A stretch of DNA of 57,934 bases, filler included, from Dirinaria sp. TL-2023a (lineage: Eukaryota): NCBI GenBank assembly GCA_051941275.1. It is 2 parts of 2 records of this genome, joined end to end, with 100 filler letters (N's around TTAATTAATTAA, not from the genome) between each part and the next. Parts side by side here need not be neighbours in the genome. Positions count along the whole stretch, not along the records: positions 1 to 28,927 come from JAVEBF010000121.1; 1 more part is not named here. One strand, 5' to 3'. The translations under genes and the position numbers were made by a program. The notes beneath the pieces are model-generated. The model did no database searches. It saw only the letters and a list, made by a program, of their open reading frames with translations, and was not told the DNA's origin. Of the stretch, positions 1 to 12,181 are shown in pieces. Position 1 is the first letter of the stretch. Every line of letters starts with the position of its first letter.

Positions 1-228
1 GGAGAATGCCGGGGGGGACGTCTCCCATGTCTTCGTCGTTGTCGTCGTCTTCGTGAGAGAGGAGGAGGGGGGGGGATCTCTCAAAACGCTGCCAAATTCA
101 GCAACAATTTGGATCAGAATTGACTTCAACTTACGCCCGAAGGCCCGCGCTTCGCTGGCACTATGTCAGCGACAGCAACAAACACATATAGTGTCTCGAC
201 AATTCAATGAGAAGCCGCTTTCGGGGCA

Positions 229-603
229 GTGGATTAGTTTCATCTTAAAAGCAACATAAGCGAGATGACGATGATCAGTCATATTTTCCAAAACAGTCTG
301 CTCTTTCTGATCGAAGTCTCTGAAGAGACTCCGCGCGACTTGTCGATGATTCGCGATGTATTTGTTCAATTGAGTTTTCGACATTTCCAGATCAATATAC
401 GGTACCTCGACATGTTAGATCGGTTCTTTTCCACTTCTCACAGATTGATTTGATTATGTGCCAGTACCCAGTCGCTGGTCGCCCTCACGAGTAGTCCATA
501 GCTTCTCTCTTAGTCGTATATGAGCTTCTCTGACGAGCGAAGTAGATGCCTGATTTCGTCTCCCGAAGCAACGAAACTCGAGACGGTCGAAGTGGAGGGC
601 CTG
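229..603 (-). pseudogene. Possible fragment of a fungal SNF2-like helicase (segment after motif III), degenerate
   Basis: One minus frame (that of ORF 166..384, read through two stops) gives ...ALHFDRLEFRCFGRRNQ...VRSGKEPI*HVEVPYIDLEMSKTQLNKYIANHRQVARSLFRDFDQKEQTVLENMTDHRHLAYVAF. This resembles, from memory only, the inter-lobe region of repeat-associated fungal SNF2 proteins. Confidence 0.3.
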
Positions 604-3600
604 TTTTAGAGGCCGTTTTTCTTGAACTCCCGATGAAGAGAAAAGACTGCACGGAATTTTGTAATGATTGTAAAGCTTAATATCAAATCAGTGAGAAAAT
701 GAGAGCGGAGGAAAAATGATACAAAAGAGAATAGAATGATGATTTGGAGAGCTACCTGAAGATTCGTATTATTACCACTCTCTAAGATGAAGATAGAAAA
801 AAGTTTCGAAGTTATTTTGAGTTTTTTTTTGTTTCAAGTTTTGGTGATAACTCGATAACAACTCGAGTTATAACTCATTCAAATCTTCTCTCATGCATAC
901 GTGACTTGCAAGTGAAGATACGAGAGAAGGTGTCTCCTGATCTGCGAATGGCTGGAGGCATCCCTTGTAGCGAGGGATATATGGTATCCAAGTCGATAAC
1001 AAGACTTCACGCACAGTCGCAAAAGAGACTTATCATTCCAAGTCACTGAGATTTTCGGTGAACCCGGCATCGTCATCAGCACTGAACGCAGTCCAGCTCG
1101 CACCGGTGCTTGCTTGCGCTGCAATAAGCGTACTGCATACGGCGATCGCTAGAGGGAGCAGCGCGCCGGTGAGCTCTATCCACCGCCAGCTAAGAAACAC
1201 AAGGGTGGCATCAATTCATCCTGTCGGCGCTTTAAGAATCGCTGAACTCAGTATTTGAGCAGTAAGGATGAGGGAGACGTACTCCCGTTACAAAGGTCGA
1301 TATATAGTGCTTACTCTCTGTGGGATTTCGAATCGAAAAGGGGTAGATGTTCATAAATATAAGATATCAAAGAAATGTTTTGTAGATTACGAATCAGATG
1401 CTGGAATACTTGCAGTGAGATCTACTGTGTGAAATAAGTTTCACGTAAACCATCAAAATAGAAATACCAGTAAAGGGCTGCCGACAATCAAAATTGCCTT
1501 GATCCAATTGCATCTGAATGATATCTTCCCGACACTTTCTTTCCGAAATCTAGCTATTAGAATTGAGAGAGAGAGATGTCTTGTTTCTGGAAACCCTAAT
1601 CACTAAGAGACAGAGTAAATCTTTTCTTGAGATATAGGACTGTAAAATAGTGCTCTTTTTCAATAATGCCGTTGTTCTCAGTTTTCTCTTTGGTCGTTTT
1701 AACTTTTTCTGACTATCCGGGAATCAACCCTGTATCATAGGTAGATACTGCTAAGTGAAGTGACTAATGAGGGAGGCGAGACATGAGATGTTGATAGTGG
1801 AAAATGTAGATTGATGTGAGAAGATGAATTAAATTTTCTAGATTTCAGTTCTCCATTGAAGAAAAATCCGAAGGGATTGAGAGATTTCAGAAAAAACCAA
1901 CGAGCCGTCTATGTAATGGAATGGATTTTCAAAGTTCGAGTTCTGTCCGGTATAGTAAAGATCACTGTTTCTCCTCTCGTGTCTCTTCCACGGCTGCGTG
2001 TTTCATCGCATTATCCAAATCAACAACGACAGACCTGACAAAATCTTGTGTTGCGAGATTAATATTAAATAGGATGCAGAAGAATGACTGCCTCAAGAGA
2101 TATAACGACATCGTCGAAGAATTTTTTTTGTGTTTAAAAGGCTATTTTGCACTCATGTCTCTTGCTGTCGCTATTTAGTGAGCAAATCCTAGCATCACGA
2201 AAAGAATGGCTCTTTGGGTGATATTTCAAAGTCTTCCGGATTCGAGTACCAAAGTGATCGTCTTAGCTTGCCCTGGTATGCCAACAAAATTTTAAAACGT
2301 TGATGATTACAAAATTGATGAGAAGACCGTCGACGAGCAATTCTCGTAAAATCGTCGTGTTTTTTCGACTCAAATAGTCTATGTGAACGTCTTCGTCCAT
2401 TTCAGAGACCTTTTCTCTAATTTAGATGCCTAAAAGATGTGTCAGGTCGTAGGATTGAAAAAACCTACTGATATAACATTTTAGTTTTCACAAACTCTGA
2501 TTTCTTGGTGAGATTTCATTAGCAACGACTGCGTGTTTTTCGTGAAACATGTCGAGGTTGAGAAGTCGAGGAAGTTCCATTAAGCTGATATCGTAAGATT
2601 CTTATCTCCGTCACGATATGCATGACTTTCTCTTACTCGAAGAGCGAGAGGATTTGAAATATAGATATATCTAGTCGTAGAGGTCCCTAGGCGAATGTCG
2701 TCCTGAGACGGACGAACGAGTTCTCAGAATCTCAGTAGCTGCATGAGGGGCGAGAAGACTAGAATCATCATTAGAACGAGACACCAGCTTATTGATCTTT
2801 GCGCATTGAATAAATATCTTTCTGATACTCAATTGCTTTCTCCAGAAGGGAACTAAATCTTTTCTGATCAATTTTTGACGCTCTGAATCCGAGCATTTTC
2901 AATCGATATACTTTGTACCTATGATTTTTGTTGCAAATGTTATTGTTTTATGAATTTGACATTGCGAACTGCGAAATTTGTACTGAGCTAGATGTGTTGT
3001 AATGACTTTGCATCTCGTGTGAAATTCACAACTGAAGCGAGCATTATAGACATAGAGGCAATTTCTCTCATCGTCGATTGCGATAAGATCGGAAGGGTCC
3101 GCATCGGGAATGATAGTTACCCCAATGTCTCTCGATCAGGGATTCAAATACATAGTATAATTCTGTTGCGAAGTTTCCGTAGAAGGCTTTTGAAACAATA
3201 ATTCGAGCCTTAAATATGGATGTTGCCTTTGAGTAAGACGAGTCTCCCTAACACGCGTTTGGAGGCTGCCTTCTTAGTCTTCACTTAGCTGTAAGAGGCA
3301 GCAAAGTTCATTGCCCATAGAAGCCGCCACTGAAATCTCTGATAGCTTCCTCGTTTCGTACTTCGAATGGTTTAGCTTCATCAACAGTTGAAGCTTGATA
3401 TACCACGCATGAATGATCAAAGCAAACCTGTTCAGAATGTTTAATGTAGCGAAGACATATGATTGAATTCATTATTATTCTGATAATGAAAGACCACTAC
3501 TGTCCAAAATCTGTCATTATCTCTTCGTAATCTTGCATCTGTTAGCTCCAGATTCAAGCTTGAGGGTTACCCGGATTGGCTTTGGCCCAGTAGCTGCTCT

Positions 3601-6600
3601 GCTCACTGTGACGGTCTAAGGCTCTTGGTAATGAGCAGTTCTTTCAATTGCTGCGACAAAGCTACTTTAGCTGCGCTAGTAGTTTCAAGTACTCGTAATT
3701 TTGACATAAGGACCATGGCATTTATTCCGACCAGACTGTATGATACACGGAGTGAGGCGTGAGGGTGATGGAGGAACGCGTGCTGAGTAGTGTCAGCCGT
3801 TATCTCACTGAGTAGCGGGAGCTTGTCGTACGGTTCCACTCCTGAAACACTCGCTTTGAACTCACAACTCACGGTGTTTTATCGTAGACTTTCTCCGCTG
3901 TTTGATCGATGGTAGTTGATATTGTCGGTAGTGCAAACTGGGAACATAAAGGTGGTACATGATACTGAAAGGGATGATGGAGACTCACACAGAATTGAGG
4001 ATCGTGAGACTTGAGAATCTTGGGGACCTGTCTTCCACCTATAAAATATTTAGAAAGAGAAGCCATTGCACAGATTGTGATTCCATTCTGCGCGCCTGTT
4101 GGTTTCGGTACTTTTTTGGACTCTGAAAATCCGGAATCCTTTCTGCTTCCTCATTCTTCTTCTCCAGCAAACGATTCTCAACGTTGGCTTCTAAAGAGGC
4201 ACTTTTAGCTTTTTTAGTAAGCTTAGCACTGTCAGTACGGGCTACGTATGAGACACATGGTGTTGATTTTGTAAGAGCTCTATCCAGATGTAAGCTGCCA
4301 TTTATTGCCCTTTAATATTAAATCCCTGATCCGTAGCGAGGAAGTGCCCGAGCGAGTTGACCGTCAACGCTGTCTTGCAGAAGGATGACCCGTATTGTCT
4401 GTCGCCAAGAAATACGATCTTCAGAGCATTCTTGGAACTCCTAAAGGAAATGAGCTTTTGGATATCGACCGTTAGAGGCCATGGTTCAATCGTTTCAATT
4501 GTAGATCTCTGCTCTTTCATCTTCTAGAATTCAGTCAACCTTTCCACTTTGCCTTTTTTGCTACCCATACTGCTGGAACATCTCTGCACTCAGCAGTGAC
4601 AATAAATAATGATCTTCACCAGACACAGCTTCAAGATCAAGAACGACAAAATAATCCAAATTTTAGCTTCAGAGTGTGTGATTTAAGTATCATCTCAGAC
4701 CCCAATTCGAGTAGAACAAGTCCGACAAGGATTCAGAACATTGAAGAATCTGCGATTTGTATAAGAGATTCGTGAGCCAACAAGAAAACGGGCGGAACCC
4801 ATCATAAATTTGTCCTCCGGTTCATTGCGGTCAGCATGCAAAGAACCTCCATAGTCGACCATCTGAAGTCTTTCAAAGATCCGCTGTTGCCTTACGCAGC
4901 CTTCCGTTTTCAATATAGTATCAATTCTATCATTCTTGTCCGATCATTCTCTCTATAAGTGAATGACAGTCATCGACTTCGAAGCTCCATTATAGCGTCA
5001 AAACCTGTGTTTAGGGGAAAATAGTTTAATAGTGGCGATGGTGCCAAATCCTTGTCACTAGCTGAACACTATGCAGTTGGTGAAGTATTTGCTCTATACT
5101 TTGCTTCTTTGAAACTGTACGTGTGTAGGGAAAACACGAGGAGCAGGAGATGAGTCTGGTCACTGTAGATAAGTAGAGGACGTACGTTCTCCCCATATCT
5201 CATTTTATTTCTTTAGTAAGATTGTCTTAGGCAGGAGCGTTGTTTTGAGTTGGACAAGTGCTCCTCATGGTCCGAACATGAGAAATGTCTTTCTAGTAGC
5301 TCTCATTTCCCACGGCAAATGCCAGGATTTGCTATATTAAAATTTTGAGTTGATATTGAGAGAACCTTCGAGGTTTGATGCGCCGCTTTGTCATTACAAT
5401 CAGAGACACGACATGATTAATCTCTGTCAGTGCGCTTAGTAGTCAGATGCTGTTGAATTTTCCACTCAAACGTCTTAGATTTGCTTTCGAAATTCTTTCG
5501 CAGAGAGGTTTTTTTGCCAAAAAGCGTGTTAGACCTGTTCGTCAAATCATATTCGAATTAAAAGCAATCTTGTATTCATATAATGGGTCGTGATGACATC
5601 TTACTCTCATCCGCGTTTCTCAATCAGAAAATCTTCCAGGTGTTCCACCGCCTGGTATCAAGTAGTGTCAGATTTCTTTGCAATGACTGAATCTGAAATC
5701 TGGAATCTGATAGCTAGTTTTACTAGACGACGGTGAGGAATCTTGTGGTGACAGAAGTGAGCAAGAGGTGAATAACATCATCATGAAGAACTATTTGTCC
5801 ATCTTTTGTCCGCTAGGGATCGAAGCACAGAAGCCAAACGCTCGACAGAGAGGCTGATGTACCATAATATAGTCGATGTAAGTGTAAAATCTGAGCTGCT
5901 AGAGGATAGGCTCGATGCTAGGTTGGCATTAAACTGAGGAAACAGCTTTTTGGTAAGAGGCTTTTTGGAAAATCGGAATTATGCACTACACGCAAAAGAT
6001 GATAGCATGGGGGATCTCAGGATCGAAGATGTTAGAAATGGCCGTTACACCGCTAGTCTTGACATCATAGTTAGATTTATAGATAATAAAGGAGTAACGT
6101 GATGCGTAGGGTGATCGTTAAAGTTGGAGAAGATGGGTGAGGCTTATATTCCCTATAAAGTATAAATGGCAGGAGCAATATACTTCACAATGTTTCCCTA
6201 ATGGAGCTGAACAACGGCTGTTTACCACCAGAGGATCGTATTGCTATGTGAGAAATCGCCTATGAGATTGTGGCCGTGGTCGTGATAACTGTTGGTCGAG
6301 ACTAGATATAGCGTAGATGCCGAACACACACCCGGCCTCCATCTGATGATGCTCCAATGGACAGAGGACGATCGAGGATTCCAAGCTGAGAATTGCCCCA
6401 CCTCCCGCATGCTGTATACTAATCTGACAAGAGTTCAACTGGAAAAGGGGCGCTGAATGTCAGATGAACGAATAATATTTATCCGGAGTCGGGGTTGGTA
6501 TAGTGACAGAAGCGGCCACAACAGAAATAGATGTTGTAGTTAGTATAGTAAGGTGTAGATCTTCTAAAGCGGCGGACGAAGGCGTCCGCTGAGCGGCCGT

Positions 6601-6810
6601 ATGCTGTGGCAAATAGTGAGACCAAGTCGTTATGCGCCATCTTGATGATGAACTAGGATTCCTTAAATAAATACTATGAAGCTTAGATGCAAGCAGCTAG
6701 CTCCTTTCGGTTTGAGTAGCTTTCTATGATCGAAGCGGTAGTACTTCCATGTTCCGATTACAGTTGGATGGTAGCAAGCTAGACGCTCCTAGCCTGTAAA
6801 GCTTGAGTAA

Positions 6811-8640
6811 TCATTTCGGCGCTGCCCTTGTTGTTGCACCGTGTTCTTTCAGTAACTTCACAATATCCCATTCCTCCTCCCTCGTAGCAGCATCAAGCAA
6901 TGTGCAGGTCTCGGGTTCGTCATGGACTTTCAGAACACTTCTAGGGGCCGGATGCCCAATATCGTCGACATCCGCTCCCTTCTGGAGCAAATATCGCGTA
7001 ACCTCCTCTTCTCCATTCCTGACGGCTTCATACATTGCGGTGGGCCCGTCTTCCGCTGCAAGCCTGACATCGGCCCCATTATTCACAAGTAGCCTAGCAA
7101 GCTCAATGTTTCCGTATCCAGCCGCTCTACAGAGCAGCAGCTTCTCAGCCGTACCGGAAGAGACCGAGTTAGCGTTTGCACCTTGTTTGAGCAAAGTCTC
7201 TACTATCGTCAAATCCTCTGTGAGTTGGTTACTGCTCTCTTCTTCCGCGGCACTCCAAAGGGTTGTATAGCCGTGATGAGCAATATTCGCGCTAGCGTCC
7301 ATAGCAATGAGAGAGTTTGCGGCCTCGACGTCTCCTAAGCTAGCAGCCTTCCACAGAATCGAGTCGAGGTAGTATTTGGACAATGTACTACCAGTGGGCC
7401 ACCTTCCCAATATTGGAGCCAATCGAGAGGAATTTCTGTCAAGCATTGCGCCGTACAGTTGCGTGGCTAATAAGCTCACTTCCTCAAAACCGGCATCTGC
7501 AGGCAATGAATTGAAAAGCAGCTTCACTGTTTGCTCGTGCCCACCCTCGATAGCAAGATTAAGTGCATCCATTCCGCTACTACTTTGTGTCTTTGCGTTA
7601 GCGCCATGGGCCAACAAGAGTTGCACGATCTCGCTATATCCATGCTCAGCTGCCGCGTGCAATGGGTCATCAGATTGAACCTCGCCATCGACCACAATCC
7701 GAGTATTCACCTTTGCTCCCTTCCTCAAAAGAAGCTCTACAGCCGCTGTTTGGGCCCTCCTTGCTGCACTCATGAGAGCCGTTTCGTTCCATCCATCTTT
7801 CGCCTCGATATCTGCGCCCTTCTCAAGCAAAAGGACCGTGCCCTCCAGGTTTCCGTATTCCGCAGCAAGAGTAAGAACCGGGGTATTGAACTCGAAGCTC
7901 CTCGCCTTTACAGTCTTGGAGTCCGCCTCGATCCGAGCAGCTAAGACATCATTGAAACCGCAAGCCGCAGCGACGAAGATAGCGTCTGCGGGCTCTCCAA
8001 TTGTGGACTCGACTTTCCCTGCCTCGGCACTCCAATCTTTGAGTGTAACACCTTGGCCGCCATTAACGCCGCATTGGGCTGCGGCAGACCATGCCGTGAA
8101 TGCGGGGGTTGTAGCCATCTTATGCGAGAGTATTTGATCGCAGAGAATTTTGAGAGGGGTCCGGTGGCGAAAGGGGGAGCAATTAGAGAGATGATCGGCC
8201 CAGTAACGTGCCGCGTATTCGTGCCATAATGTGCGAAATGGCTTATCGCTGTCCCTATGGGCGGTTGTAGCAGGTGAGCATAGGTATGCCAAACAGCCAG
8301 TCGCGGCTAAGGCATTGATCGAGTTGTCCTCAAAGAGGGAATATTTGCATATGCGTTCTCTGACAGAGTCGTCAATGAACGCATAGGTGTTGGCTTCTGT
8401 GGTGGTAATGAAAAGGGAACAGAAGTCGGCAAGGTCGGTCACTGGTAGCGTCCGCTCAGTGTCAAAAGGTTTGATGGAATACTGAAGGGCTTCTTGAAAA
8501 GCTGCTGTGGGAAGAGGAACCTTTAGACAAAGCAGTAGGCTGATGGACCCGAAGACGATATGGTACTCTTCAGAGTGAAGTCGCTCTATGTATGCGTCGA
8601 AGGCTTTCTCAAATTGCTCCATAGCTTGCGCGTAGATCAT
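6811..8640 (-). CDS. Ankyrin-repeat protein; C-terminal part of a NACHT-ANK (fungal NLR-like) gene, probably 5'-truncated
   Basis: 609-aa ORF with many ANK repeats (TPVLTLAAEYGNLEGTVLLLEKGADIE, ETALMSAA, DPLHAAAEHGYSEIVQLLLAHGAN, TAMYEAVRNG). The N-terminal part looks like a post-NACHT winged helix (CLAYL...YAARYWADH). No P-loop in the ORF. Confidence 0.8.
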   Translation of the reverse strand: MIYAQAMEQFEKAFDAYIERLHSEEYHIVFGSISLLLCLKVPLPTAAFQEALQYSIKPFDTERTLPVTDLADFCSLFITTTEANTYAFIDDSVRERICKYSLFEDNSINALAATGCLAYLCSPATTAHRDSDKPFRTLWHEYAARYWADHLSNCSPFRHRTPLKILCDQILSHKMATTPAFTAWSAAAQCGVNGGQGVTLKDWSAEAGKVESTIGEPADAIFVAAACGFNDVLAARIEADSKTVKARSFEFNTPVLTLAAEYGNLEGTVLLLEKGADIEAKDGWNETALMSAARRAQTAAVELLLRKGAKVNTRIVVDGEVQSDDPLHAAAEHGYSEIVQLLLAHGANAKTQSSSGMDALNLAIEGGHEQTVKLLFNSLPADAGFEEVSLLATQLYGAMLDRNSSRLAPILGRWPTGSTLSKYYLDSILWKAASLGDVEAANSLIAMDASANIAHHGYTTLWSAAEEESSNQLTEDLTIVETLLKQGANANSVSSGTAEKLLLCRAAGYGNIELARLLVNNGADVRLAAEDGPTAMYEAVRNGEEEVTRYLLQKGADVDDIGHPAPRSVLKVHDEPETCTLLDAATREEEWDIVKLLKEHGATTRAAPK

Positions 8641-10472
8641 AATAAGCTGATGATTACCAATGGATCAGAGAATGTGTTAACTCAAACTCTCTTCATCTAT
8701 GTTCTGCACCATAAACATTGACCAGTGTAAGTATTGCAATATAGATTTAGTATACCGCGTCATTTTCAGACATCTGACAGCGAAGTATCTAATGGTCCGG
8801 TAGTAGACTTTGAACATGTGGAAAATTGGCTCGGGAGTAGTCCTGGTTGCTTGCCGATGTCATGTGTAGCCAGAAGCTCACGTTCTGCGGATACAGTCTC
8901 ACCACTAAATGTCGATAGAGCCCACAGGAAGTTTCCTTATTCACCACATAACCTAGATGGCGTCCTATTTGACCAGTATATAAGGACGCTAAGCAGAAAA
9001 AACTGCTGGAGGTCTCATACTGGAAGCGTTGATTGACAGTCTTCAAGTTTCGCTCGACATACTAAGTCCTGGGACTTCACGACACAAGTACACGTTCAAT
9101 ATCGCAACGTCAGTAACGCAAGCTGATAGAGCTGAGTTAATCGACTAAAGTATGGGAGAAGTAGATATTGTGATGATGTCGGAGATAAAATAGAATCCGG
9201 AGTAGATTATAAGCGCCAAGACGCTAAAGACGCCAAGAGATTGGACCATATCTGGAAGATCCTGCTCTCTACTCCGTATATCTAGGTCAAAAAGGACTGC
9301 TTCAGATTCGTGAGAAATTCTACGGAATGTTCTACATTATTCTGGCAATGCACTGAAATGGATGCAAATATAGGGGTAGGTCCTCACGTATGGAGCACGA
9401 CAGGCTTACAGTTGCTACCACCTCTCGAAGACAGGTATATCATCAGCAAGATAGTCCTGGGTGAAAAAATGCGATTGAAAAGTACTGGAAGTACGACAAG
9501 CGATCGCATAGGTTGTAGTCTGCTGCCTACAGCTGGGTTCGGAAGTTTCGTCAGTTGATCAACAAAAGCCCTTACAAGAAATGGAAGCTTCGCGCAAAGC
9601 CCACGTAACAGGGAAATCTACCTCAAGGACAGCGCTAGTCATTTGTCCCGAGGCTCAAGATAACTCCGGATGAATCATTTGGCTTCCTCAAATAGAACCA
9701 AAATGGCGAAGGGAAGTAATCAGTAGCAGAAAAGCGAGGAAGAGTGACCTAAGCACTTTATTCTATCTAAAAATAAGATATGTAGTAGCTGTTGTCGTAC
9801 CTAGACGTTCCCCAACACAATTCGACTCATTATGAAGTAGCCACATTAACTAAAGAGAAGTAGAGGCTCCAGTAACTTCGTTGGCTATGACTAAATAAGT
9901 AGCACTCAAAAGAATTTAGAGCGTAAATTGAATTGCTAGCTAGGGAAATTATATCGTAGATTGGAAGCTATACAATCTGATAGTAAGCAATTTTTGGGAG
10001 CGCTGCAAAACTCTCCATCGTAGAGTTTGAAACCCACCTCTGCAAATACCTTTCCGGAGGGGCGCCTGCTTGAATCCAGCTTTAAGTTGGGCGGATTGTA
10101 ACCGAGGCACACTAGACTGGAATTTATGCGGTGGGGGTAGGTCTTGCGTAGACCGCCACCGATGGCTCGCATCGTGGGTGTAAGCTTCATTTTGTTTGCA
10201 TGTCCCTCCGTCTTTGCGAGCGCCTCACTGGGTCCCTGAAGGCTGCGTTGTACCACGTAATCCGGTATCTCCGACTCTTTTTGAACCATTCTTGATAATT
10301 TGAACGCTATTCTTGCTGTTTCTATGATGAACTTTACCTGCAGTAGATATGCAGCTTTGTTGACGACTTATCGCACGACTTCCTGCTTCGACTGTCGTAT
10401 GCATACTAATTCAATTGCGACGTCTCTTTTTTAGGTTCGAAGAATTTTCCAGGTGCTTCAACTAATGAAAAC

Positions 10473-10889
10473 TTAGCAATTGCATCGATAATCCGAGACA
10501 CCATTTTTCTCAGACAGCGGAGCGAGGCTGCTACTTTTCTTATGATAATGGCAGAAAAGCAAAGAAGCAAGTGTCTGAAAGAGTCTGAGCTTTAGGCAAG
10601 TTTTTCTGAGGTGACAATTTCTGAATCTCCAAGGTAACTTGGCTTCGAACATCGCTTCTTCGATCATCTTCTTTTTGAGAATCAAAGGAAGCTTATGAAA
10701 TGTTTGCGAGCGTCTAGCAGGCTTTCTCTTCTGCTTCAGGACATTAGCTGTCCGCTTAATCATTGCCTTTCGGGTGCGCTTCAAAACGTCTTGATAAATG
10801 CATGTCTTGAAAATATTTTTCCAGTTCTCCGCTTCTCTCATGATCTTCTCTTCAGCTTCTTCTCTAAAATTCTCTTTCGCTTCCTTCAT
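10473..10889 (-). pseudogene. Degenerate coiled-coil plus 2EXR/F-box-like fragment
   Basis: TFHKLPLILKKKMIEEAM resembles the F-x-x-LP-x-E-LR-x-x-IW-E-x-A start of 2EXR/F-box-like domains; preceded by an E/K-rich helix. Confidence 0.25.
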
Positions 10890-11399
10890 CAGGTTTTCTG
10901 CGACGGAAGTTGCATACTTTGCATCGACAGAAGTGCTCTTTCAATACACACGTGTCGAAAAAAGCTCGATAGAGATTTTTCGTGAGAATTGATCGAAGAG
11001 ACGAATTTCCTTGAGGTCTACGTTGTTTTGGCTTTTCAATTCATTCTCGTAGATGAGGTTTCTTGAGAGACGCGAGTCTTCTCTGCTCCTAGAACTTCGA
11101 TCAAGTATGCGTTATTGCCTTGATTAAACAAAGATCTTTCGCAATGTAACTGACTAGATTGAATACGTTGATAACGAATTAGCTCAATTATCATCATAAT
11201 TTTTCGCGGCTAGAGTCAAAGAGCTGCTTAGAAAATTGCAGTGGCTTTATCGCAAGGCGGTAAGTTTCTTCTGAAGCTCGTTCAGTGCGCATTTGTTTAG
11301 GCAACGTTTGAGCTGCCAAGTAAAGGTTCGTCTCTTTGTAGTCACCGACATCCCGGTTGGTTTTTTTTTTCAAGCACGGCCATCAAGCTCGCGCAACCT

Positions 11400-11566
11400 C
11401 TTTGACTCAGGATTCAACGAAGATACTTTTGAAGTACTCACCCGCCATTTTCACATCACTGTCACCACGGTCACCACTACCCCCTTCAGCCACCCAAATA
11501 CTAATTTCGCTGCCATTTGATATGGCAGTCTATGGTGCCTTCAAGAATTTTTTCCAGTGGTACTGA
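11400..11566 (+). mobile_element. Possible relic of a pogo/Fot1-type (Tc1-mariner) DDE transposase
   Basis: LPPSATQILISLPFDMAVYGAFKNFFQWY resembles the LPPHxTHxLQPLDVxVFGPxKxxY motif of DDE_1 transposases. No TIRs identified. Confidence 0.35.
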
Positions 11567-11949
11567 TGAAGCGAGGGATCTCAGACTTATTGCTGTGATG
11601 GGTCTTCTCCCATATCACCTCCTTTAGAACCGCTTTTCCGCAGTTTGGGGGTAGAATCTGAATTTGCTCATGCTACCAAATTTCGTGGTTATGTCAAGAC
11701 ATTTTGCTGAGCGACCCTCCTCGGAGACTATGTTCCTCCTAACTCCAATACCTTTCGTATTTGATTTTTTCAATTCACGCTCTTTGCAAGTTATGAGCGA
11801 AAGCAAAAGTTTGACGGTTTCGAAATCGATTTAAGTTCTCGACACGAAAAAAGCAATCAGACGACGAAAGAACACTGGGTTCAAAACTCATCGAAATTTC
11901 GTTTGTCAAATTGTTGCTTAATTCTCGAACGAAAATAAAAAGTTTTACT

Positions 11950-12181
11950 CGAGATTTAGTCACTTTGATTGATACAGCAATCGAAGAAACTCGTTGAGAT
12001 CGAACGACTTGTTCATCATCGATGTGGTCGTCAGAAAATTAATAATCGAAGTTCTGAGATGCGCAATCGTTTTGTGAGCGAGAGTCGAGTTATGCTTCAT
12101 CTTTTGAGTTTCGTCGCAAATGACTCGATCAAAAATCTCGAGACAATCAAATTTAACGAGATCGAGAGTCGCTTCGTTCAT
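11950..12181 (-). pseudogene. RIP-like mutated SNF2-family (SF2) helicase fragment, motifs II and III
   Basis: FDRVICDETQKMK...IINFLTTTSMMNKSFDLNEFLRLLY. Reverting G>A and C>T changes gives FGRVICDEAQKMK...FLTATPMMNKPxDLxGFLRLL (Walker B DEAQ at 12115-12104, motif III TATP at 12031-12020). The following TGA fits a mutated TGG. Confidence 0.7.

Noticed and set aside
1591..1599. Telomere-like AAACCCTAA (similar single units near 16211 and 45954)
   Set aside because: Isolated single units, not tandem arrays.
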